Shown in pieces: positions 1 to 8,762 of a DNA stretch of 53,733 nt. The stretch lies in the IMG/VR virus record IMGVR_UViG_3300025600_000023, positions 1 through 53,733 of that record. The stretch is one strand, 5' to 3'. Source of the DNA: a virus. Its lineage: Duplodnaviria > Caudoviricetes. Numbering within the stretch: position 1 is the stretch's first letter; every line of letters begins with the position of its first letter. Below the pieces are notes generated by a model. It made no database searches, was not told the DNA's origin, and was given only the letters and a program-made list of their open reading frames with translations. The position numbers and the translations under genes are program-made.

Positions 1-462
1 AGCCTTCGGCGTGCCGATGAAAATGGCATCACCCCCGGTATCGGCAAGCGTTGGGCGCAGGACTCGCGTCCATGTCTCTTCGCTGATGTCCTGGAATTCG
101 TCCAGCACCACGAAATCGATACCGACGCCGCGCAGGGAGTCCGGCTTATCGGCGCCTTTCAGCTCGATCCGGCTCTTATTGATGAGCGTGATCGACATCG
201 TGGTTTCATTGACCTTGGCGATCCACTTCTTCGGGATCGCTTCGAGCAGGTCCAGCCACATGATCTGCTTGGCCATGCGGTAGGTTGGCGCCACGTACCA
301 GATCTTCTGGCGAGGTTTTTGGGCCTTTCGAATCATCAGTACCCGCGACAAAGCCGACTTACCCCAGCGACGGCCGGCTACAACTACTCGAAAGCGAGCT
401 TCCGACTTGTAGACTTCCATCTGCTTCGGGTGAAGACTGAGCTTTGCCGTGATTGCGGCCAT
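1..462 (-). CDS. terL: Terminase large subunit, N-terminal ATPase part (runs off the left edge; not in ORF track)
   Basis: Manual translation from ATG at 462 (TAATG overlap with upstream stop): MAAITAKLSLHPKQMEVY...RFRVVVAGRRWGKS (Walker A)...YVAPTYRMAK...LRGVGIDFVVLDEFQD (Walker B)...FIGTPKA. Confidence 0.93.
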   Translation of the reverse strand, partial: MAAITAKLSLHPKQMEVYKSEARFRVVVAGRRWGKSALSRVLMIRKAQKPRQKIWYVAPTYRMAKQIMWLDLLEAIPKKWIAKVNETTMSITLINKSRIELKGADKPDSLRGVGIDFVVLDEFQDISEETWTRVLRPTLADTGGDAIFIGTPKA

Positions 463-1103
463 TACGACTCTTCGATCACGTCGTCTTCATCGTCGGCGCC
501 GTCCAGGTCGGGCAGTTTCAGATCCGACATGTCGAGACCATCTTCTTCCTGGCGGTTGCGGATCTCCTCAATCTGGTCTGCCGTCAGCTCCGTGATGATC
601 AGTTCCGTCAAGGAGTCAGGGTCTGCCGAGTCGTCGCGATCCAGACCAAGCACGGCGTAACGCTCGTTGCGGGCCTTGGCTAGCACATTCATGGCCGCAT
701 CGAGCGCCTTCAGATTGTTGATGGCGGTGGAGATCGGTCGAGCTTCAATCTTGGCGTTAAGAATCTCCTTCCAGGTCAGCTTGGCCAGACCCATCGCCAT
801 CTTGTAATGCTCTTCCTTGGTTTCCCGAATGCGCGTGGCCGTGATTGTCGCCGTGTCGAAGGCGGCTTTCTTGACCTCTTCCGCGACTTCTTTCTTATGC
901 TCTTCCTTGGCCGAACCCTTCTTCAGTCCGATCTTCTGAAAGTGCTTGACGAAGGTCTCCCGGTGCCGACCAAATTTCGTCGCAAGACCTTCAAGCGTGA
1001 TTTCTCCCGCCGCGTAGAGCGTTTCCGCTTCCGCAAGCTGTCTTGAAGTGAGTCGCTTGAACTTCGTTGCCGACTTTTCCGGTACTTCCGTTTTCTCAGT
1101 CAT
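462..1103 (-). CDS. terS: Probable terminase small subunit
   Basis: N-terminal HTH-like segment, helical middle, acidic tail; translationally coupled to terL. Confidence 0.7.
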   Translation of the reverse strand: MTEKTEVPEKSATKFKRLTSRQLAEAETLYAAGEITLEGLATKFGRHRETFVKHFQKIGLKKGSAKEEHKKEVAEEVKKAAFDTATITATRIRETKEEHYKMAMGLAKLTWKEILNAKIEARPISTAINNLKALDAAMNVLAKARNERYAVLGLDRDDSADPDSLTELIITELTADQIEEIRNRQEEDGLDMSDLKLPDLDGADDEDDVIEES

Positions 1104-1110
1104 GTTTTTC

Positions 1111-1140
1111 AAAAAAATGGGCGCTTCTGTGCGCCCAAAA
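1111..1140 (-). terminator. Terminator-like hairpin just upstream of terS
   Basis: Minus strand TGGGCGC-ACAGAA-GCGCCCA followed by T7. Confidence 0.6.
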
Positions 1141-1349
1141 CCGAAAGGAGATGAGCGGTCATATTACCAAAAACTGATGGAAAAGTCCAGTCAGTCCTGA
1201 CTTAGCATTCATAGGATGAATATTTCTCGAAACTTCCTCATCGGGCGTAAAATATATGTACTAGAATAAGACTGTTTTAAGTTAGTCGTTACTTACTATA
1301 AGAATACTAAATAAGTAAATAACTAGGCCGGACGTGGCGAGTTTCACGC

Positions 1350-1697
1350 CTACAAATCCTCAAACCCAAGCTCAATAATGTCGTTCTCGGCATCCAGTGT
1401 GTTTGTCGTCGGTTTAGGCCCCAGACCAACCATCGCGACACCCAACTCGGTCGCCTTCAGCAGTACCCGTCGCGCACAACGTCGCTTCTCCATCCCTGCC
1501 TTCTCAATCAGCTCCCTGCTCACCAAGGAGCGAATGCAGAACTGAATGGACGCCTTGCTGGTTTCGAAGTTGATTCGGTCAAGCACCTGATCCAGATCGA
1601 CTAGCGACCCGTCAGTGTTCTTTTTTGCGATGTTCAGCAGTACGTCGATTTGTTTTTCGGTCAGGAACATGGTTTGCGAGCGCTTCAGTGAATCCAA
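1350..1697 (-). CDS. Winged-helix DNA-binding protein (putative regulator)
   Basis: LTEKQIDVL...SKASIQFCIRSLVSRELIEK...LLKATELG matches a MarR/LexA-type wHTH pattern. Confidence 0.6.
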   Translation of the reverse strand: MDSLKRSQTMFLTEKQIDVLLNIAKKNTDGSLVDLDQVLDRINFETSKASIQFCIRSLVSRELIEKAGMEKRRCARRVLLKATELGVAMVGLGPKPTTNTLDAENDIIELGFEDL

Positions 1698-2581
1698 TCG
1701 AGCTTCAACTGCTCGTCGGTCGTCTGGTTGTCAAAGGCGAGCAGCGGGATGCGCGGCGGGAGTTCCCGATTGTGGTCGGGGTTCAGGTAGATGCCGAATA
1801 GCGGACTGGCCAGCGTCAGTTGTTGCAGTGAGCTGACAAGGTAGCCAACCTCCATGCCATCGACCCGCGACGTGCCGTTCATGCGGTTGTCGCCACTCTT
1901 TTCCATTGCCGAGCAGCGGTAGTAGAGACCGCGCATCTCAGCGATGCACTTCTCGCGGATCGCCGGCGCGAAGGCGCCTAGCTCCGACATTACGCCAACG
2001 TGGTCAGAAGGCGCCGAGCGGAACCAGCGACGGAAGAACTCCACACCCTTGTCGTAGTTCGCCTGGCGCTTCGGCTTCGTGAAGAGGATGCCGGCACGGG
2101 CCGCGAATGGGTTGTACTTGCTCATGGACGACTGAAACTCGACGAAGCGGCAGCCGGTCATCCGCATCATGATGTTCTGCATGCGGTAGGCAATGCCGGC
2201 GCCGCGATACATGGTGTCCAGGACCAGACGGGCATTGACGCAGGAGTTATCGTTTTGCCAATTGACCCTGTGCTGGTTGATCATCCGGGTATCCATGCCG
2301 TTCTGATTCGGCTTCAGATGCTTGAAAATCTGGTTGCGGCCGGCACTCAGAATGCGCGGCACGGTCATCACACCAACGCCAATGGTCTCGCCCTTCATGG
2401 TGGCGCGGTAGATGACCGGCCCGATGCCGGTGTTGGTCGCCTTGTAATGCAGCTCGTGGAGCAGGTTCCAGTCATCGATGGTGCCGCGCTCGACATAGAC
2501 TTCCGAGAGCAGCGACAGGCGATGCTTCGGGTTAAGGTCATGACGGGCGACGTAGATGTCCTGGTTGTCAGCGAGGATCAT
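1685..2581 (-). CDS. GNAT-fold acyltransferase, putative DNA-modifying (Mom-like) enzyme
   Basis: LHY motif, ARLVLDTMYRGAGIA acetyl-CoA motif A, SSMSKYNPFAARAG motif B; likely start MILADNQ at 2581. Confidence 0.7.
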   Translation of the reverse strand: MILADNQDIYVARHDLNPKHRLSLLSEVYVERGTIDDWNLLHELHYKATNTGIGPVIYRATMKGETIGVGVMTVPRILSAGRNQIFKHLKPNQNGMDTRMINQHRVNWQNDNSCVNARLVLDTMYRGAGIAYRMQNIMMRMTGCRFVEFQSSMSKYNPFAARAGILFTKPKRQANYDKGVEFFRRWFRSAPSDHVGVMSELGAFAPAIREKCIAEMRGLYYRCSAMEKSGDNRMNGTSRVDGMEVGYLVSSLQQLTLASPLFGIYLNPDHNRELPPRIPLLAFDNQTTDEQLKLDWIH

Positions 2582-2846
2582 GGGTTGCTTTCGGGTGCAG
2601 TACGTTGTCGGAGAACCAGATGGCGCCGGCGATACCCATGCAGCCACCTGCGGCAGAAAATGCAAAGACGATGTAGTCGCCGGTCGCCGCGTAGTGAACG
2701 AACAGGAAGTTGGCGCAAGAGATCAGAAAGCTCGTCACAATGGCGATGAAGTAGCGGCTCTGCTGCACGTTGCGCGACTGAATGCCGAGCAGGAACACCA
2801 CACTGAACGTGCAGAGAAACACAAGGGCGTAGTCGGTGGCGCTCAA
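2568..2846 (-). CDS. Small membrane protein (about 3 TM segments)
   Basis: Three hydrophobic stretches in 92 aa. Confidence 0.6.
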   Translation of the reverse strand: MSATDYALVFLCTFSVVFLLGIQSRNVQQSRYFIAIVTSFLISCANFLFVHYAATGDYIVFAFSAAGGCMGIAGAIWFSDNVLHPKATHDPR

Positions 2847-2934
2847 TGCTGCCCCGCAGGCCCATCGTCGTCGTGGTCGTCACAGGCGAGGATAAGCAGC
2901 ACAAAAGCGATGATGATCATGGATAGCGAGATGT

Positions 2935-3588
2935 TCATCTCGCTGCCTCTTCGTTTCTGACGCGAATGTCGATCTTTTCCCGGTAGCGTTTGATGATTTC
3001 GACGTTCGGCATCAGGTCCGGCACCATGTCGGTGTGCGTGGTGGCCACGATCAGGGTGGCGCCGACCTTGCGGGCGACCCGCTGCATGTTGAAGGCGACG
3101 ATTTTGGCGGTGTCGCGGTCCAGCACGGCAAGAAACTCGTCGGCGGTCCAGACTTCGGCACCCGAGGCGATCAGCAGTGCCAGGCGCAGGCGGTAACGTT
3201 GGCCGTCGGACAGAACGCTGGCCGGCTGCAGGAACAGATTGGCGTCGCTGATCCCCACTTGCGCGAGGTAGCCGGTCGCCTCGTTGAGATCCTTGCCGAG
3301 CAGCTCGATGATCGGGCGCTGGCCGAAAACGATCTTGTCGATGTCGGCGACTTTCAGGCCCTCTTCGGTCATCTGCTTACTGAGTTCACGCAGCAGCACG
3401 GACTTGCCACCACCGCTCTGGCCGGTGATATAGACGACATCGCCGCGCTTGATCTCAAGCTGCTGATTGTCGAAGACGACGAATTCCTTTTTGTCCAATC
3501 CCAAACCGAAGGCTTCAGCAACCTCCAGTACCCGCGCTGTGCGCTCTACCTCGATGGTGAAACGCTTGTCAATGGTATAGATGGTCAT
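2935..3588 (-). CDS. Stand-alone ABC-family ATPase
   Basis: Walker A GQSGGGKS, signature LSDGQ, Walker B WTADEF, H-loop ATTH. Confidence 0.88.
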   Translation of the reverse strand: MTIYTIDKRFTIEVERTARVLEVAEAFGLGLDKKEFVVFDNQQLEIKRGDVVYITGQSGGGKSVLLRELSKQMTEEGLKVADIDKIVFGQRPIIELLGKDLNEATGYLAQVGISDANLFLQPASVLSDGQRYRLRLALLIASGAEVWTADEFLAVLDRDTAKIVAFNMQRVARKVGATLIVATTHTDMVPDLMPNVEIIKRYREKIDIRVRNEEAAR

Positions 3589-3830
3589 CAGAATGTCGTC
3601 GGTTGTGCGATGCCGCGAATCACAGCCATGAAGCCGCGCTGCAGGTCGGTGGCGCCGATGCTGATCTAGCGCTGATCCAGGTGCGGGGCATCGTCATTGC
3701 AGCGATGCAGACGCAACTTCTCGATGTAGGCGCCGCACTGTTCGGCCAGGGCCTTGCCTTCGTTCATCAGGTCGATCTCGTCTTGAGACAGATCGCGGTA
3801 GCCCTTGATGTGCTTGTGCTGGTTGTCCAT
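3588..3830 (-). pseudogene. acb2: Anti-CBASS cyclic-nucleotide sponge Acb2/Vs.4 homolog with an in-frame TAG at 3666-3668
   Basis: MDNQHKHIKGYRDLSQDEIDLMN...LDQR*ISIGATDLQRGFMAVIRGIAQPTTF matches the Acb2 pattern as recalled; the stop falls where the family has Trp; both ends overlap neighbouring genes. Confidence 0.85.
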
Positions 3831-4186
3831 TACACCTCCAGCGCCAGGTTGCGCTGCCACCACTTGATCGCGGCAGGGTTGTCCTGGACGAACGCGCACA
3901 AGCCGTTGGCGGCGAGCATCGTGTATTCCTCTTCAGTCGGCTGCGGCTCTTCGTCGCCTTTGAACAGCCCGTAGGTCCAGTGAATTGCGTGGATGACCTC
4001 GTGAATGAAAGTGTTGGCCGCTTGGGTGGCGCACATACCGGGACGCAAACTGATCCGCTTCTGGAACGAATTCATGTGCCCGTAGGTGCCCTCCTCTTCG
4101 TGGTTCTCGTAGGTGCCAACCACGACATCAAAAAGATGGCAGCCAATACGGACCTTCGCTGGCAAGCCTTTGTATACGTCAGTCAT
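3830..4186 (-). CDS. HExxH zinc metallopeptidase-like phage protein
   Basis: NTFIHEVIHAI followed by an EE motif. Confidence 0.65.
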   Translation of the reverse strand: MTDVYKGLPAKVRIGCHLFDVVVGTYENHEEEGTYGHMNSFQKRISLRPGMCATQAANTFIHEVIHAIHWTYGLFKGDEEPQPTEEEYTMLAANGLCAFVQDNPAAIKWWQRNLALEV

Positions 4187-4189
4187 GAC

Positions 4190-4834
4190 TTATCCTTCAA
4201 TATAATCAGAAACAAACTTGATGAAGGCATCGGCCCCCGCAAGGCCGGTTTCGCCTTCGATCTGCGCCATGAAGATGGCCACGGCGCGTTCGTCGCGCCC
4301 CTTAATGCTTTTGAAGCCGAACACCTTGTCGAGTTTTACGTCGCGGTCGTCCGTCTCGTCGATCTTGGTTAAGGTCTCGGCAGCCTGCTTGCGAACCTCT
4401 TCGTCCAGGTCCGGCACAAAGGCGTCAAAATCCACCTCACCCAGATCAGCGACGACGAAGTTCAGTTCCTTCTCTTCGAAGATGCCCTTCAGGTCGAAAC
4501 TGAGCGAGGCCAGTTCCTTCTGCAGCAGGTCGGTGTCGATGTCCGAAATAGCGACACGGTTATCGGACAGACGAGCGGCACGAACCTGATCCGGCGTCAG
4601 GTCGTCGCGTACCAGTACCGGCACCTGGGCCATACCAAGCGAGATGGCAGCGAGGCGCCGACCGTGGCCTTTGATGATCGAGCCATCCTTGTCGACCACG
4701 ATGGGTTGGTCCCAGCCAAACTCGGTAATCGACTTGGCGATCTTTTGAACCTGCTTGGGGTCGTGCTTTTTGACGTTCAGTTCGTATGGCAGAACACGCT
4801 CGATGTCCCACAGCTCTAGTTTCAACGCCTTCAT
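4190..4834 (-). CDS. ParB/Srx N-terminal domain protein
   Basis: PYELNVKKH...IAKSITEFGWDQPIVV...IIKGHGRRLAA...LSDNR. Confidence 0.88.
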   Translation of the reverse strand: MKALKLELWDIERVLPYELNVKKHDPKQVQKIAKSITEFGWDQPIVVDKDGSIIKGHGRRLAAISLGMAQVPVLVRDDLTPDQVRAARLSDNRVAISDIDTDLLQKELASLSFDLKGIFEEKELNFVVADLGEVDFDAFVPDLDEEVRKQAAETLTKIDETDDRDVKLDKVFGFKSIKGRDERAVAIFMAQIEGETGLAGADAFIKFVSDYIEG

Positions 4835-5136
4835 TTCATCGCCTCGTACTCAAGTTCGAAAGCATCTGGCGAGCGCACCAGGAGCATGCCGTGTTCGTCG
4901 CGAATGATCCAGTCCCCCTCAGAGGCAAGACAGTTGCGCTCGCGGCTTGGCACCAGCACGTAAATGGCGTTCTGATTCACCGCGACGCTCGGGAAGCGGA
5001 TCGACACCTCGGATGGCGTCAGACCACGCAGCAGCCTACCGCCGACGCTGATTTCCGCCAGCTCACAGATTCCGCTCCAGTTGCTCCACAGCAGTTGCTC
5101 GGCCTGAACCTCGATGCTCTTTCTGAGAAACCTCAT
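4831..5136 (-). CDS. Hypothetical phage protein
   Basis: ATGA-coupled ORF; ASEGDWIIR...PDAFELEYE tail common in phage proteins. Confidence 0.55.
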   Translation of the reverse strand: MRFLRKSIEVQAEQLLWSNWSGICELAEISVGGRLLRGLTPSEVSIRFPSVAVNQNAIYVLVPSRERNCLASEGDWIIRDEHGMLLVRSPDAFELEYEAMK

Positions 5137-5330
5137 GCCGCTTGCTCGGGAGACGGCACGATGACCAGCGGGCGAGGCCGAGTAGTGACGCAAGCCAGCA
5201 CACGCACTACCTTGTCGCCGAAATATTGGATGACGCCCTGACGGGCATCTTCGTGGGTTTCGATGTCGTCAATGCGAAACGACTGCTTCTCGCCACCCTT
5301 CAGTTGAACAGCCGCGTAAAAATCACTCAT
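5133..5330 (-). CDS. Hypothetical protein
   Basis: Coupled ORF within the operon. Confidence 0.55.
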   Translation of the reverse strand: MSDFYAAVQLKGGEKQSFRIDDIETHEDARQGVIQYFGDKVVRVLACVTTRPRPLVIVPSPEQAA

Positions 5331-5505
5331 CTTGTTCTCTCATCATGTTCAGCAATTCATGAACGGTCAGCGCGTCCATGTCATCTTCCGATTCGTAGTT
5401 GCCTCCCGCCGCACAGTTTTCGCATTTGAAGGGGTCGAACTCGCGGTTGATGCAGGAGTTGCACTCGGGCCAGCCCTTCGGCCCGCGAATTTTGGAAAAT
5501 GGCAT
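5323..5505 (-). CDS. Small CxxC-CxxC zinc-finger protein
   Basis: CNSC...CENC. Confidence 0.55.
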   Translation of the reverse strand: MPFSKIRGPKGWPECNSCINREFDPFKCENCAAGGNYESEDDMDALTVHELLNMMREQDE

Positions 5506-6158
5506 CAGATTTCGCTCCGTTTTGCCAAAATCACCAGCGCATGACCGGCGTTGGTTAGCGAATCATCATCCTTGAGGCCGTTTTCCTTCTGAATTCGCTC
5601 GATTAGCTTGCTGATGTCGCCCATATCCTCGATTGGCACGCGAAAACGCATCATTGCGTGTGTCTGTTCGGGTTTTTCCTTCGGTTTTTGTGTCGGCAGA
5701 TCGTCATCGACACCTAGATCCAGATCGTCGAGCGCTATATTCACGCTTGAGAAGATAGATGCCAGATCGGTATCGGAGAACGGCATGAAAGAAGCGAGTT
5801 CAGACACATCGCCCAGACCATCGAGGACTTCTGCGAGACGCAGACTGTCGTCGGTGCCGTATCGCCCGTTATCCAGCAATGAAATCTCTTTGGCTCGGTT
5901 GTCGTCGAGACGGCCAAGGTTGATGACCGGCACCTGTTCGCCGCGACGCCTGGCGATTTCCCAGCGGTGTTCGCCGCCGAGCAGCTCAAGCACGCCACCA
6001 TCTATCTCGCGAACCAGCAGCGGCTTGAACATGCCCAGGCGGTCCATCGAGGCTTCGAGTTTTTGTTCATTCTCGGGAGACATCACGTTTGGATTCCATG
6101 CGTTCGGAACGAGGGTCTCCGGGTCGCGCATCTCCAGCTTTAGCTTCTTATCGTTCAT
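5505..6158 (-). CDS. Second ParB/Srx N-terminal domain protein
   Basis: PNAWNPNVM...GMFKPLLVR...LLGGEHRW. Confidence 0.85.
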   Translation of the reverse strand: MNDKKLKLEMRDPETLVPNAWNPNVMSPENEQKLEASMDRLGMFKPLLVREIDGGVLELLGGEHRWEIARRRGEQVPVINLGRLDDNRAKEISLLDNGRYGTDDSLRLAEVLDGLGDVSELASFMPFSDTDLASIFSSVNIALDDLDLGVDDDLPTQKPKEKPEQTHAMMRFRVPIEDMGDISKLIERIQKENGLKDDDSLTNAGHALVILAKRSEI

Positions 6159-6170
6159 TTCCTCAATCTA

Positions 6171-6199
6171 TTGCGTGTCAGTCAGTTGTGACTTACACT
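6171..6199 (+). promoter_or_regulatory. Sigma70-like promoter of the helicase, with the repeat motif in the spacer
   Basis: TTGCGT-17 bp-TACACT; motif at 6182-6195. Confidence 0.6.
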
Positions 6200-6218
6200 C
6201 TACGCCTTCAAAACCTCA

Positions 6219-7793
6219 ATGGCAACCCCTGTGAGCAAAAATATCATCACGATTGCGAACAACGCCGTCACCGCCAAACTGATCGACCCTGACCGCGATA
6301 CAAAGCTCGTTGTTCAATCCATTCTGTCTTATGCGGTGTCTGGGTGCGAACACGCGACGGCGTTCAAGCAGGGGCGCTGGGATGGGCGTAGCAGCTTCTT
6401 AGACTTCAAGCTCGGCACCTTCCCGGCTGGGTTCGTGCATCTGGTGACAGCGCACCTCCAACGTCGCGGCTTCCAGGTGCGCCGCGTGCAGAAGCCGCTT
6501 CCCGCACCGCTCGGCGTCGTCAATCCGGTCGTCGACAAGTTCTCTGAAGATCCACGCTACGATTACCAGCGCGACACTGTGGCCAAGCTCCTCAAGCACG
6601 GTCAGATCATCGCCCAGGTCGCTACAGGCGGCGGCAAGAGTCGAATCGCCAAGATCGCCTTTGCCCGTATCAACCGCCCTACCCTCTTCCTAACCACCCG
6701 CTCGATTCTCATGTACCAAATGAAGAAATCGTTTGAGCAAGACCTTGGCATCGAGGTCGGCGTGCTGGGTGACGGTCAGTTCGGCAAGGTCATCAAGAGT
6801 GCCGACGGCAGCGAGCAGCGCGTGATCAAGAAAATGAACGTCGGCATGGTGCAGACCCTCGTTTCACGCCTTGCTGAACCGTGTCCAGATGATGATGTGG
6901 AGGTTCGCAACCACCAGGCCGCCATTCGTCATCAGACGATCAACCTGCTATCCAAATTCGAGTTCATTGTGCTGGAAGAAGCCCACGAGGCGGCCGGCAA
7001 TGGCTACTACGAGATCCTGCGTCACTGCAAGAACGCCCACTACCGCCTGGCCCTGACCGCCACCCCGTTCATGAAGGACGACGAGGAAGCGAACATGCGG
7101 CTGATGGCCAGCTCGGGTCCGATCGGCATCAAGATCACCGAGAAGCTGCTGATTGATCGCGGCATTCTGGCCAGACCCTACTTCAAGACGATTCTGCTAA
7201 AGAACAGACCAAAGAACCTGTATCGCTCTACCCCGTGGCAATCTGCAGTTCGGCTTGGCATCGTCGATAACGAAGAGCGTAACGCCGTCATCCTTGCCGA
7301 GTGCAGCCGCGCCACCAGGGTTGGCTTGTCGGTCATGCTCCTGGTGCAACAGGTGGCCCACGGTCGCAACCTGAAAGACCAGCTCGACGCTGCCGGCGTC
7401 CGCTGTGCCCTGATCATGGGTGAGAACGATCAGAAGGAACGCGAGATCGCCATTGGCCAGCTAAAGGACGGCAAGATTGACGTACTGATCGGCTCCACCA
7501 TTCTTGATGTGGGCGTCGATGTGCCAGCGGTCGGGATGATCATCCTCGCCGGTGGCGGCAAGGCCGAGGTTGCGATGCGCCAGCGCATCGGTCGCGGGCT
7601 GCGGGCCAAGAAGAATGGTCCGAACGTCGCCCTGATCGTGGATTTCGACGACCCCTTCAACAATCACCTGAAGAAGCACGCCTTACAACGTCAAGCCTAC
7701 ATCGCCGAAACGGAAGGCTTCAACGAAAACATCCTGGCGCCGGGTGCTGACTTCGACATGATTGCGCTCGGCATCGTTAAAAAAGCAGCGTGA
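6219..7793 (+). CDS. Superfamily 2 (UvsW/SSL2-like) helicase
   Basis: ATGGGKS, LEEAH, LTAT, DVGVDVP, QRIGRGLR. Confidence 0.92.
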   Translation: MATPVSKNIITIANNAVTAKLIDPDRDTKLVVQSILSYAVSGCEHATAFKQGRWDGRSSFLDFKLGTFPAGFVHLVTAHLQRRGFQVRRVQKPLPAPLGVVNPVVDKFSEDPRYDYQRDTVAKLLKHGQIIAQVATGGGKSRIAKIAFARINRPTLFLTTRSILMYQMKKSFEQDLGIEVGVLGDGQFGKVIKSADGSEQRVIKKMNVGMVQTLVSRLAEPCPDDDVEVRNHQAAIRHQTINLLSKFEFIVLEEAHEAAGNGYYEILRHCKNAHYRLALTATPFMKDDEEANMRLMASSGPIGIKITEKLLIDRGILARPYFKTILLKNRPKNLYRSTPWQSAVRLGIVDNEERNAVILAECSRATRVGLSVMLLVQQVAHGRNLKDQLDAAGVRCALIMGENDQKEREIAIGQLKDGKIDVLIGSTILDVGVDVPAVGMIILAGGGKAEVAMRQRIGRGLRAKKNGPNVALIVDFDDPFNNHLKKHALQRQAYIAETEGFNENILAPGADFDMIALGIVKKAA

Positions 7794-7877
7794 ATGTTTC
7801 GCCAGGGCTATACTGTGACTGTCACTCACCCGTGACTTATCACCCACAAGAACACCTCCTCGTTATGTGACGAACCT

Positions 7878-7904
7878 AGCCCTACTCTCCTGGGGCTTTT
7901 TTTT
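7878..7904 (+). terminator. Intrinsic terminator
   Basis: AGCCC...GGGCT stem followed by T8. Confidence 0.7.
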
Positions 7905-7983
7905 GCGTGTCATTCGCATATTGCACTATACTGAATAGCATGCAACATTCGTAGTATGACAACTATAATGCAAGGAGATTACA

Positions 7984-8310
7984 GTGCCCATAATCCAAAA
8001 GGCTAGATATACCGTCATTGTTTCACCGGAATACCAGAAGACTCTTGTCACCTTAGCCAAGAACTACGGCGTATCGCAAGGCATGATGATCGAGTGTTTG
8101 ATCGATATGGCGGGACGTTTTGATGCGGAAGCGCTTTGCAAACTTCAGGCGTTGGTCGCCTACCGCAAATCAGCCAAGGTCGATGGTCGCAAGACCAATG
8201 CGGAGCTGGCAAAGAAGCTCAGTAAGCTCTCTCCAGCTCAGATTCAGGCCATTCTCGCCGAGATTGACACCAAGATTGAAGGCGTCAAGACAGTCAAAGG
8301 GGAACTCTGA
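7984..8310 (+). CDS. Small basic protein, possibly ribbon-helix-helix regulator
   Basis: RBS AAGGAG, GTG start, upstream TATAAT; RYTVIVS strand followed by two helices. Confidence 0.5.
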   Translation: MPIIQKARYTVIVSPEYQKTLVTLAKNYGVSQGMMIECLIDMAGRFDAEALCKLQALVAYRKSAKVDGRKTNAELAKKLSKLSPAQIQAILAEIDTKIEGVKTVKGEL

Positions 8311-8762
8311 TGGCGAGCGACTATAAGGCCCCCAAACGCATCATCACGCTGAAGGATGTTGAAGAGGTCATCTGGCTTAACAGCGGCTTCGATACCTACC
8401 TGACGCTCAAAAACTCGACCGATGTCTACTTGTTCAGACGCGATCAGAACACTGGGGCAATTAAGCTCGGCTTCAGAAGTGAAATGCTGAAGGCGATGAG
8501 GGACGACAGATACGCATCAACGCCGCCTTCCGGGTTGAAAAGAACCGAAGACGATCTCGGTAACTGCCACATCATTCACGAGAAGCTGAAGTACGGCATC
8601 TCGCTGCCCGCCTCCTCTTGGGACATTCTGAAGGTAGAAAAAGGTCAGGTTTCCGCCGACGATCTGGAGTCCGCAGAGCGCGAATACGAGAAAGCCTCCA
8701 TTGTTATTGCCGAAGAACGCAGCCAGGAATCTCGCGAGAAGGCCGGGTGGGGATCATGGTGA
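8310..8762 (+). CDS. Hypothetical protein (ends GWGSW)
   Basis: TGATG-coupled ORF. Confidence 0.65.
   Translation: MASDYKAPKRIITLKDVEEVIWLNSGFDTYLTLKNSTDVYLFRRDQNTGAIKLGFRSEMLKAMRDDRYASTPPSGLKRTEDDLGNCHIIHEKLKYGISLPASSWDILKVEKGQVSADDLESAEREYEKASIVIAEERSQESREKAGWGSW

Noticed and set aside
2935-3588. ABC transporter
   Set aside because: No permease or substrate-binding protein of suitable size; the context is GNAT, ParB and terminase
3666-3668. Genome-wide TAG recoding
   Set aside because: TAG is a genuine stop for many genes here (rtcB, SbcC, 1350, 37129), and no other conserved gene shows an internal TAG
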